Positions 19,635-27,991 of a DNA stretch of 46,243 nucleotides are shown here, in pieces (the stretch's first letter is position 1; each line of letters starts with the position of its first letter). This DNA is from an uncultured Thermoplasmatales archaeon. GTDB lineage: Archaea > Thermoplasmatota > E2 > DHVEG-1. The notes under the pieces were generated by a model. That model did no database searches, was not told the DNA's origin, and saw nothing but the letters and a program-made list of their open reading frames with translations. A program made the position numbers and the translations under genes. The stretch is taken from positions 1-46,243 of the forward strand of contig CAZFAZ010000031.1 in the NCBI GenBank assembly GCA_964517155.1, written 5' to 3'.

Positions 19635-19706
19635 TATTTTCCCTCCAAAAAACTACTAGAATTTTTATTTCTCATAATATATTATATGAATATGACCATA
19701 TTTAAA

Positions 19707-19729
19707 AATATTGGTATTTTACCAATATT
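19707..19729. promoter_or_regulatory. Perfect inverted repeat AATATTGGTA-TTT-TACCAATATT in the divergent tauE/HDAC promoter region
   Basis: 10-bp arms and a 3-nt spacer. It abuts a minus-strand TTTAAATA (19706-19699). A degenerate copy lies at 19732-19746. Confidence 0.6.
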
Positions 19730-19826
19730 AAATGGAATATTAACAATTTAAAACCAATATATGAAAGAGGATGATTTTTAATTTACACAATAAATTTAAG
19801 AACAAGCCCCTTATTCCAACCAATAA

Positions 19827-20864
19827 ATGTTAGCAATAACATACCACGAAGATTACAATAAATACGATCTTGGTTCAACTCATCCACTAGTTGGCGATAA
19901 ACCACGAAAAACAATGGAATACCTCAAACTTAAAGGAATTTTAGAAAAAATACAAGTATTTACACCAAAAAAAGCCTCTCAAAAAGATTTAGAAAGAGTA
20001 CACACGAGAGAATATATAGAAAAAGTAAAAGAGTTAAGCAAAACTGGAGGCATGCTCGCAAATGATACGCCTGCCCCAAAAGGAATTTACGAAATAGCCT
20101 GCCTTGCTACAGGTGGCAGTATGCTTTGTGCAGAAAAACTTATGCAAGGTTTTAATTGCATGTGCAATCCTTTAGGTGGTTTTCATCATGCAAGTATAGA
20201 AAAGTCATCTGGTTTTTGTTTTTTTAATGATACTGCAGTAACAATTGAGCATTTGCGTGAAAAGTATCATCTTAAGAAATTCATGATTGTAGATTTGGAT
20301 GTACACCATGGAAACGGAACGCAAGATATCTATATCAATGATCCTTCTGTTTTAAATCTTTCTTTTCATCAGGATGGACGAACTCTTTATCCCGGAACTG
20401 GTAGACTTGAAAATATAGGAAAAGGCGATGCAAAAGGCTTTACTGTTAATCTTCCTTTTCCTCCAGGAACCGGGACTAGCAGTTATTTAATTGCTTTCAA
20501 TCAGATTGTTCCAACCCTGGTTGAGCAATTTAAACCAGATATAATACTTTTTGAATCTGGTGTTGATACCCATCATTCTGACCCATTGGCCGATTTAGAA
20601 CTGACTTATCAAACTTATTTTTATCTATCTCATAAAATGCAGGAGGTCTCTGAAAAAAGTTGTGATAAATTATTGGTTCTTTTTGGTGGCGGTTATAATA
20701 GCAACGCAAGTATAATTTGTTATTATAATGTAATGTGTGGTCTTCTTGATAAGCATGACTACATTAAAGAAAAAGATTCTATATCTCATTATAAAGTAGA
20801 GACCGTAATGGAAAATATCTCGCGTCTTAAAAAATTGTTAAGTGACTATTGGAATTTTGAATAA
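19827..20864 (+). CDS. Zn-dependent HDAC / AcuC-like deacetylase
   Basis: GGFHHA, GFCFFND, DLDVHHGNGTQ, GVDTHHSDPL and GGGY motifs. Confidence 0.95.
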   Translation: MLAITYHEDYNKYDLGSTHPLVGDKPRKTMEYLKLKGILEKIQVFTPKKASQKDLERVHTREYIEKVKELSKTGGMLANDTPAPKGIYEIACLATGGSMLCAEKLMQGFNCMCNPLGGFHHASIEKSSGFCFFNDTAVTIEHLREKYHLKKFMIVDLDVHHGNGTQDIYINDPSVLNLSFHQDGRTLYPGTGRLENIGKGDAKGFTVNLPFPPGTGTSSYLIAFNQIVPTLVEQFKPDIILFESGVDTHHSDPLADLELTYQTYFYLSHKMQEVSEKSCDKLLVLFGGGYNSNASIICYYNVMCGLLDKHDYIKEKDSISHYKVETVMENISRLKKLLSDYWNFE

Positions 20865-20980
20865 AATTCAATACTTTTTAAGAAATAATAGCTAAATATC
20901 TGAATATATTTCAATTATTATTTGAATAATGTTCAATTTTTTTGAATAAAATTCAATTAAATATGCGATAAACTTATTAA
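20857..20980 (+). promoter_or_regulatory. Array of four TTGAA-N5-TTCAA palindromes upstream of the BRE/TATA of the ACD-GNAT gene
   Basis: Sites at 20857 (TTGAATAAAATTCAA), 20900 (CTGAATATATTTCAA), 20922 (TTGAATAATGTTCAA) and 20942 (TTGAATAAAATTCAA), followed by CGATAAA-CTTATTAA. Confidence 0.65.
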
Positions 20981-21036
20981 GTGATTTTAAATATGGGAAA
21001 ACCAAGGAACCTTACAAAATAATAGGATGGAAAATC

Positions 21037-23703
21037 ATGGGCATTACAAAACTAGATAAAATGTTCAAACCAAAAAGCATAGCTGTAATAGGCGCAACAG
21101 ATAAAGTAGGAAAAACAGGATACAGAATTTTTAGAAACCTAATAGGATCAGGATACGATGGCGTAGTATACCCAGTTAACCCAACAAAAGAAAGCGTACA
21201 AGGAGTAGCATCATACAAATCAATAGAAGAAGTACCAAAAACAGTTGACCTTGCAATAATAGTAACACCTGCAAAAGTAGTATGCGATGTAGTAGAACAA
21301 TGCGGAAAAAAAGGAATACAAGGAATACTAATTATATCTGCAGGTTTCAAAGAAATAGGCGATGAAGGGAAAAAACTAGAACAAAAACTCTTAGACTTAA
21401 AAGAAAAATATGGTTTAAGAATAGTAGGACCTAACTGCGTAGGATACAGTTTACCCTATCTAAATTTAAATGCAACATTTGCAGGTTCAATGCCTGAAAA
21501 AGGAAACATTGCATTATTTTCTCAAAGTGGTGCAGTATGTGGGGCAATCCTTGACTGGGCAACTGCTGCAAAAGTAGGATTCAGCGCATTTATATCAGTT
21601 GGTTCAATGCTTGATGTAGATTTTGGAGATTTAATAGATTATTTCGGCAGAGATGCCCATACAAAAAGTATTGTTTTGTATTCTGAATCAATTACAAATG
21701 CTCGTAAATTCATGAGTGCTGCTCGTGGCTTTGCAAGAGTAAAACCAATTATTGTTATAAAATCAGGAAGATTTGCAGAAGGTGCAAAAGCAGCATCATC
21801 TCACACTGGTGCAATGGCTGGTGAAGATAGCATTTACGATGCAGCATTTAAAAGAGCAGGAATAGTTCGTGTGAAAAATATTCAGGATTTATTCAATGTC
21901 TCATCAATTCTTGCAAAACAACCACGACCAACTGGACCAAATCTTGCAATAATTACAAACGCAGGCGGACCAGGCGTTCTTGCAACAGATGCAATAATCG
22001 AAAATGGGGGAAAACTTGCAGAGCTTACACCTGAAACCATGGAAAAACTTAATTCATTTTTACCAACACACTGGAGTAAAGCAAACCCTATTGACATAAT
22101 AGGAGACAGCGATGAAGATGTATACCAAAAAGCAATAGATGTATGCCTAGATGATCCAAATATCGACAGCATCTTGGTAATTTGTGTACCTCAAGTAGTA
22201 GCAGACCCAAAACGCCTTGCAGATAGAATAATTGATCTTTCAAAAAAATCAACAAAGCCGATACTTACTTCATTTCCCGGTGAAGCAAGTGTTCAATTTA
22301 CAAGGGATTTGTTAAATAAAAATAATGTTCCAACATACGACACACCAGAACAAGCAGTTGAATCATACATGTATCTTTATAGATATGCAAGAAATCTTGA
22401 GCTTTTATTTCAAACACCTGAAGAAAGACAAGCTGTATCAACCAAAGAAAAACAAGATAGAATCAAACAAATAATTAAAAAAGCGATAAATGAAAAAAGA
22501 ACGATTCTAAACGAAGCAGAAGCAAAAGAAATCATTGAAACATATGATATTAAAACTACTAAACCAGTTTTTGCAAAAAAAGAAGATGATGCAGTAAATA
22601 TTGCAGAAAAAATTGGTTATCCCATTGTTATGAAAATACAGTCTCCTCAGATAACACATAAAAGTGATTCAGGTGGTGTAGCACTTGATTTACAATGTGA
22701 AGAATCTGTAAAAAATGCATATAAAAATATGATGAAAAAAGTCAAAGAAAAAGTACCAAATGCAACAATTGAAGGAGTAACTATCCAAAAAATGGCTAAA
22801 AGTCAAGGCGGTGAATTTATACTTGGTTCAAAAAAAGATCCTGTTTTTGGTTCAATAATACTCTTTGGAATGGGAGGCATATTTACAGAATTATTCAAAG
22901 ATAGATCAATTGGTTTTCCACCATTAAATCAGGTTATAGCCCAAAGAATCATAGAAAAGACAAAAGCGTACACTCTTCTAAAAGGATTTAGAAATATTCC
23001 ACCTGCAGATATGAAAAAAGTTGAACAAGTAATGATTAATTTCTCTCATTTAATTGAAGAACATCCTGAAATTGCTGAAATTGACATAAACCCGTTAATT
23101 ATCTGCGATAATGAACTAGTGGCAGTTGATGCAAGAATCGTAATCGATGAGAATCCTGCTGGAAAACCTCACATGATAATTAGCAGATACCCCAGTAAAT
23201 ACATGAAAAACATTAAACTCAAAGATGGTACACCAGTACTACTTAGACCTATAAAACCAGAAGATGAAAACATGTGGCAAGAGATGTTTGATACTTTTTC
23301 TGATGAAGCAGTTAGATTCAGATTCTTCAGAAGAATTAAAAACACCCCTCATGAAATGAGGACACGTTACTGCAATATTGATTATGATCGTGAAATAGGA
23401 ATAATCGCAGAAATAAACGATGAAGGAAAAAGACGCATGCTTGGTGTTTCAAGAATTATTATGACACCCGGTCAAAGTGATGAAGCAGAGTTTGCATTAA
23501 TCGTTTCTGATGAATGGCAAAGAAAAGGATTAGGCTCTGAATTCCTTGACTATACAATTGAAGTAGCACGCGATAAAGGCTTACAAAAAATTACAGGGAT
23601 AGTCCTAAAAGACAACATACCAATGATTACGCTTTGTAAAGAGAAAAAATTCAAAATAGAATCAGGAGATCCTGGTGAATACAAAGTAGAATACAAATTG
23701 TAA
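21037..23703 (+). CDS. ADP-forming acyl-CoA synthetase (alpha-beta) fused to a GNAT domain (Pat/PatZ-type)
   Basis: CoA-binding SIAVIGA, GPNC, SQSGA, ASSHTGA and NAGGPG motifs, ATP-grasp HKSDSGGV and DINPL, and GNAT LIVSDEWQRKGLG. Confidence 0.94.
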   Translation: MGITKLDKMFKPKSIAVIGATDKVGKTGYRIFRNLIGSGYDGVVYPVNPTKESVQGVASYKSIEEVPKTVDLAIIVTPAKVVCDVVEQCGKKGIQGILIISAGFKEIGDEGKKLEQKLLDLKEKYGLRIVGPNCVGYSLPYLNLNATFAGSMPEKGNIALFSQSGAVCGAILDWATAAKVGFSAFISVGSMLDVDFGDLIDYFGRDAHTKSIVLYSESITNARKFMSAARGFARVKPIIVIKSGRFAEGAKAASSHTGAMAGEDSIYDAAFKRAGIVRVKNIQDLFNVSSILAKQPRPTGPNLAIITNAGGPGVLATDAIIENGGKLAELTPETMEKLNSFLPTHWSKANPIDIIGDSDEDVYQKAIDVCLDDPNIDSILVICVPQVVADPKRLADRIIDLSKKSTKPILTSFPGEASVQFTRDLLNKNNVPTYDTPEQAVESYMYLYRYARNLELLFQTPEERQAVSTKEKQDRIKQIIKKAINEKRTILNEAEAKEIIETYDIKTTKPVFAKKEDDAVNIAEKIGYPIVMKIQSPQITHKSDSGGVALDLQCEESVKNAYKNMMKKVKEKVPNATIEGVTIQKMAKSQGGEFILGSKKDPVFGSIILFGMGGIFTELFKDRSIGFPPLNQVIAQRIIEKTKAYTLLKGFRNIPPADMKKVEQVMINFSHLIEEHPEIAEIDINPLIICDNELVAVDARIVIDENPAGKPHMIISRYPSKYMKNIKLKDGTPVLLRPIKPEDENMWQEMFDTFSDEAVRFRFFRRIKNTPHEMRTRYCNIDYDREIGIIAEINDEGKRRMLGVSRIIMTPGQSDEAEFALIVSDEWQRKGLGSEFLDYTIEVARDKGLQKITGIVLKDNIPMITLCKEKKFKIESGDPGEYKVEYKL

Positions 23704-23737
23704 ATATTAATATAATTAATACTAATCTAGATTAAAC

Positions 23738-24994
23738 ATGCAAATTTCAGTTGTATATGGTAAAGAAAAAAAAACGCTTAATATAGATTACGAATGTGAA
23801 ATTCTAAAACCGGTAGAAATAAAACTAGATCCTGAAGAAGAAATACTAAAAAAAGCATTCTTAAATCCTTTAAACAAAGAATCATTTAAAGAGTTTGCAT
23901 CAAAATCAGATCGCTTATTAATAATTGTAAATGATGGCACCAGACCTACAACAACAGCAAAAATACTTACTTATTTAAAACCTATTCTTTCAAATCATCC
24001 AGATGTCGGTTTTATAGTTGCATGCGGTTCTCACCCAGGACCCACGGAGGAAGAGTTCAAATTTATTTTTGGAGAAGAATTTGAAAAAATTAAAGATAAA
24101 GTTTTTGTTCATGATGCAAAAGATAAAAAAAATATGAAATATGCTGGAAAAACAAGGAGAGGCACACCAGTTTATTTTAATAAAAAGATTTTTGAATACA
24201 AAAATGTGATTGCAATAAACAGCGTTGAGCCACATTACTTTGCAGGTTATACTGGTGGACGTAAATCATTTCTACCAGGCATTGCAGGCTATGAAACAAT
24301 TGAGCAGAATCATTCTTTTGCATTATCTAAAGATTCATGTACACTTAAGCTTAAAGGAAACCCTGTAAATGAAGATATGATGGAATCAGTTGAACTTATA
24401 AAAAAAGAGGTAAATATTTTTTCAATTCAAATTGTTTTAACTCCAAAAGGAGAGATATATAATATTATAACTGGAGATCTGCATGATTCTTTTTTAAAAG
24501 CAACAGAATATGCAAACAATATTTTTTGTACACCTATCACAAAAAAAGGCAATATTGTGATAACTGTCGCACCAAATCCTATGGATATAAATCTTTATCA
24601 ATCTCAAAAAGCCCTTGAAAATGGTAAACTTGCACTTGAAAAAAACGGTGTAATAATACTTGTATCAAAATGTCACAATGGTGTAGGACCTGATGAATTT
24701 TTAAAACTTTTATCAAAATCAGATACACCAGAAAAAGTATTAGATGCACTTAAGAAAGAATATAAATTAGGTTTTCATAAATCAGGTAAAATAGCAGAGC
24801 TGGCAACATGGGCAGATATCTATGCTGTAACAGAAATCGAGGATAAACTTGTTAAAAAAGCATTTATGGAACCGTTTAAAAATATACAAGATGCAATAGA
24901 TGCAGCCATTAAAAAAATTGCAAAAAATGGTGAAAAAATAAGGATAATTGTTATGCCATATGGCGGTCTTACAGTACCATTTTATCAAAAATAG
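23738..24994 (+). CDS. larA: Nickel-pincer-dependent lactate racemase family protein
   Basis: NDGTR, GSH, EPHYFAGYTGGRKS and YQSQKA motifs. The substrate within the LarA family is unproven. Confidence 0.88.
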   Translation: MQISVVYGKEKKTLNIDYECEILKPVEIKLDPEEEILKKAFLNPLNKESFKEFASKSDRLLIIVNDGTRPTTTAKILTYLKPILSNHPDVGFIVACGSHPGPTEEEFKFIFGEEFEKIKDKVFVHDAKDKKNMKYAGKTRRGTPVYFNKKIFEYKNVIAINSVEPHYFAGYTGGRKSFLPGIAGYETIEQNHSFALSKDSCTLKLKGNPVNEDMMESVELIKKEVNIFSIQIVLTPKGEIYNIITGDLHDSFLKATEYANNIFCTPITKKGNIVITVAPNPMDINLYQSQKALENGKLALEKNGVIILVSKCHNGVGPDEFLKLLSKSDTPEKVLDALKKEYKLGFHKSGKIAELATWADIYAVTEIEDKLVKKAFMEPFKNIQDAIDAAIKKIAKNGEKIRIIVMPYGGLTVPFYQK

Positions 24995-25046
24995 CAATTT
25001 TTATAATACCCATACCGTTACTTTGACATGTGGTTGGTGATTAAAA

Positions 25047-25457
25047 ATGGTTGACGCCATTGAAAAATTTGGTAAAAGCGCTGGAAAAATATGGAATACA
25101 TTAAGTAAACATGGTGTTCTAACAGAATCAACTTTAAAGAAAAACACCAGATTAACTGATAAAGAATTTTATGCAGCGGTCGGCTGGCTTGCAAGAGAAA
25201 ACAAGATTTCAAAAACAGGTGCAAAATACCAGCTAAGTGAAACAAATCTAACAAATAAAATAGGAAACGATGCTGGTAAAATATACAACATTCTTGTGAC
25301 TAAGGGTGGCGAAATAGACGTAACTTCTATTACTCGTGTTACCCGGTTAAAAACCAGTGATGCATATTCTGCTCTTGGTTGGCTTGCAAGAGAAAACAAA
25401 ATCTATACCGTAGATGATATAACAAATAACAACCAGTTTAAAGTTAAATTAAAATAA
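25047..25457 (+). CDS. Tandem winged-helix DUF2582 protein (paralog of 3366..3773)
   Basis: Two repeats of G..AGKI[WY]..L...A[VL]GWLARENKI. Confidence 0.88.
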   Translation: MVDAIEKFGKSAGKIWNTLSKHGVLTESTLKKNTRLTDKEFYAAVGWLARENKISKTGAKYQLSETNLTNKIGNDAGKIYNILVTKGGEIDVTSITRVTRLKTSDAYSALGWLARENKIYTVDDITNNNQFKVKLK

Positions 25458-25472
25458 ACTTTTTTTATTTTT

Positions 25473-25937
25473 TTATAAAAAAGTTTTTATTTTTTCTTCC
25501 AGCTTACTTAAAAGTAAATCTGTTTTATTCTCTATTTCTTTTGTTAATTTATTTTTAAAATCTGTTTTTTTAGGTTGAATTGCAAATATATAAACTTCAG
25601 GTTTTTCACCTATTTTCCAAGCTAGTTCTAAAACATTTAAGATATTGTCTTCATGCGTTGTAAAATTAACTTTTTTATCTGAAGTAACTTTTTCATCTAT
25701 TTTAAAAAATTTAAAATCCCCTGGTTCTGCATTAAAATCAACTGCATCGATTAAAAAAACAATGTCAAACTTTGCAAATAAATAAATAAGGGAGATACCG
25801 CCGGTTCCACCATCGATAAACTCTATATTTTTTGTAAAATTGTTTTTTTTCTGAATTAATTTTTCAAGTAAAAGTATACCTATGCCATCGTCCCGTCTCA
25901 GCGGATTTCCAAGACCAATAACTCCTATCTTTTTCAT
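25473..25937 (-). CDS. Hydrogenase maturation endopeptidase
   Basis: GLGNPLRRDDGIG, IDGGT, IDAV and TTHE motifs. Follows the large subunit gene. Confidence 0.93.
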   Translation of the reverse strand: MKKIGVIGLGNPLRRDDGIGILLLEKLIQKKNNFTKNIEFIDGGTGGISLIYLFAKFDIVFLIDAVDFNAEPGDFKFFKIDEKVTSDKKVNFTTHEDNILNVLELAWKIGEKPEVYIFAIQPKKTDFKNKLTKEIENKTDLLLSKLEEKIKTFL

Positions 25938-25938
25938 T

Positions 25939-27240
25939 TTAGACGAATTTTACTTTTAGATAATGTGTACTGCATGATATGCATGGATCATATGCACGAA
26001 CAAGCATTTCAAGTGTAAGTTCAATTTCTTTTTCAGGTTTATTAAGTATCTTCGGCACAAGTTTTTCCATATCATGTTGTATATTTGCATGGTTTTGATT
26101 TGTAGGTATTATACAGTTTGCCTTTGTACAGTTATTGTTTTTAATTGTATAGTCATGTAAAAGTATTCCACGTGGAACTTCAACTATTCCAACACCTTGT
26201 CCTGAGTCTTTTTTTGCCTTTATCGGTTTTTCATCTTTAATTTCATTTTTTAGTAGTTTATCAATTTGAAGTATTGAGTCTTCTATGTTATGTACAAATT
26301 CTACGAGTTGAGTAATATTGTTCATAAATGGGTTATAACAGATTGCTTTTAGATTAAACATTTTAGCAACTTCTTGTGCTAGTGGATGAAGTTGTTTGCT
26401 GTTTAGATTAAATCTTGCAAGAGCACCAACCATGTAGGATTTGCGGTTATGCTTTGCATATTTTGCAGTTGATTGAGAAACAACATATTCCTGCATTAGT
26501 TTTGCATATTTTTTGTTTTCTTTAAAAGGACCTGTATCTGTAGAATTCATATATCCATCGTAAAGTGCATATTCATTATCTGATGATAGGCCAATATATT
26601 CTGTCTCACGAGTAAAATTTGGTAGTTTGTCGGCAACACTAAGTATTACTTCTGCAACTTCTTTAGTAGTTTTTATTGAGTCTTCTAATTTTGCTCTAAA
26701 AGCGATTAGTTGTTTTTTATTTGGAACCAATGAAAAACCGCCGACTACTAGTCGTATTGGATGAGTAGTTCGCCCGCATATTAAATCAGACATTTCATTT
26801 GAAAGCCTGTGTAGTTTTACAATTTTTAAAAGTGCATCTTGATGTTTGCTTCCAACTAGTGGAAAAACACTTCCTACGCCAAGTAAGTCTGGTGCTGCAA
26901 GGTACCCAATATGAAGTATGTGGCTTTGCATATTTTCGCCGTTTATTGCAAGTCTGCGTAGTATTTGGGATTGAGCAGATATTTTTATATCAAGTGCATC
27001 CTCTGTTGCTTTTAAGCTTGCAAGTGAGTGTCCGATACTACAGATACCACAGATACGCGAGGTAATCGAACGCAGTTCATCATAATGTCTGCCGCGCAGC
27101 ATTGCCTCAAAGAAACGTGGTGCTTCTGGAACTTGCCATTGTATTTGTTTTATTTCTCCTTTTTTAACATCAAGTACTATATTTCCATGACCTTCAACTC
27201 TTGTTACATGATGAACATTTATTGATAAATCTTTACTCAT
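25939..27240 (-). CDS. hydA: Group 3b [NiFe] hydrogenase (sulfhydrogenase-type) large subunit
   Basis: TRVEGHG, L1 RICGICSIGH and L2 RAYDPCISCSTH followed by a short cleavable tail. Confidence 0.93.
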   Translation of the reverse strand: MSKDLSINVHHVTRVEGHGNIVLDVKKGEIKQIQWQVPEAPRFFEAMLRGRHYDELRSITSRICGICSIGHSLASLKATEDALDIKISAQSQILRRLAINGENMQSHILHIGYLAAPDLLGVGSVFPLVGSKHQDALLKIVKLHRLSNEMSDLICGRTTHPIRLVVGGFSLVPNKKQLIAFRAKLEDSIKTTKEVAEVILSVADKLPNFTRETEYIGLSSDNEYALYDGYMNSTDTGPFKENKKYAKLMQEYVVSQSTAKYAKHNRKSYMVGALARFNLNSKQLHPLAQEVAKMFNLKAICYNPFMNNITQLVEFVHNIEDSILQIDKLLKNEIKDEKPIKAKKDSGQGVGIVEVPRGILLHDYTIKNNNCTKANCIIPTNQNHANIQHDMEKLVPKILNKPEKEIELTLEMLVRAYDPCISCSTHYLKVKFV

Positions 27241-27991
27241 CTTTGCCTTCCTCCTTTGAATAGTTATATATTATACAACGACGCTTCATCTCTTCATAAG
27301 TAAGATTATATCTATCAAGTACATCTTGTATGCATTCAATTTCAGTTTTACGTAAAATTCCACGGCAACCATCACAAGGGCTACCGTTTGTTGGGCATAT
27401 TGCATTGCATCCTGCACGCGTAATTGGCCCAAGGCAGAATTTACCTAGTTCAAAAAGACACACGTTTTCATTTTTTTTGCATTCTACGCATACTGGATAA
27501 GTTGGAATTTCTGGTTTTTTACCCATTACAAGACTTGTTATTACTTTTTTAAATTCATCACGATTAATAGGACAACCATGAATATAATAATCAACTTTTA
27601 CAACTTCATCTACTGCTTTTGTCGGATAAACATCAAAATATTTGTTGCCTTTTAATTTTGCATCACCGTATACCTCTTTTTTAACATTTTCTGCATCCCA
27701 TTGATTGCGGATTTTGTTTACTCCACCAATCGTTGCACAAGCTCCAAGGGCAACTAAAATTTTTGCTTTTTCTCGTATTTGTTTAACACGCTCTTCATCC
27801 ATAGGTCTGTTAATTGAGCCTTCTATTATTGCTATATCATAATCATCAGAATGTTCTTTCATAACTTCTCTAAAAGATACAACATCAACGATGCTTATTA
27901 AATCAAGAACTTCTTCCTCAAGATTTGCAATTTGAAGTTGACAGCCTTCACAGCTTGCAAAATCAAAAAATGCTACACGTGGTTTGCTCAT
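27233..27991 (-). CDS. hydD: Group 3b [NiFe] hydrogenase small (delta) subunit
   Basis: SCEGCQ, GACA, GCP, CVEC, CLGPITRAGC and CDGCRG motifs. Confidence 0.92.
   Translation of the reverse strand: MSKPRVAFFDFASCEGCQLQIANLEEEVLDLISIVDVVSFREVMKEHSDDYDIAIIEGSINRPMDEERVKQIREKAKILVALGACATIGGVNKIRNQWDAENVKKEVYGDAKLKGNKYFDVYPTKAVDEVVKVDYYIHGCPINRDEFKKVITSLVMGKKPEIPTYPVCVECKKNENVCLFELGKFCLGPITRAGCNAICPTNGSPCDGCRGILRKTEIECIQDVLDRYNLTYEEMKRRCIIYNYSKEEGKDE

Noticed and set aside
20857-20956. Mini-CRISPR interpretation of the repeated palindromes
   Set aside because: The repeats are only 15 bp and degenerate, the gaps are 5-28 bp of AT-rich sequence, and there are no cas genes.
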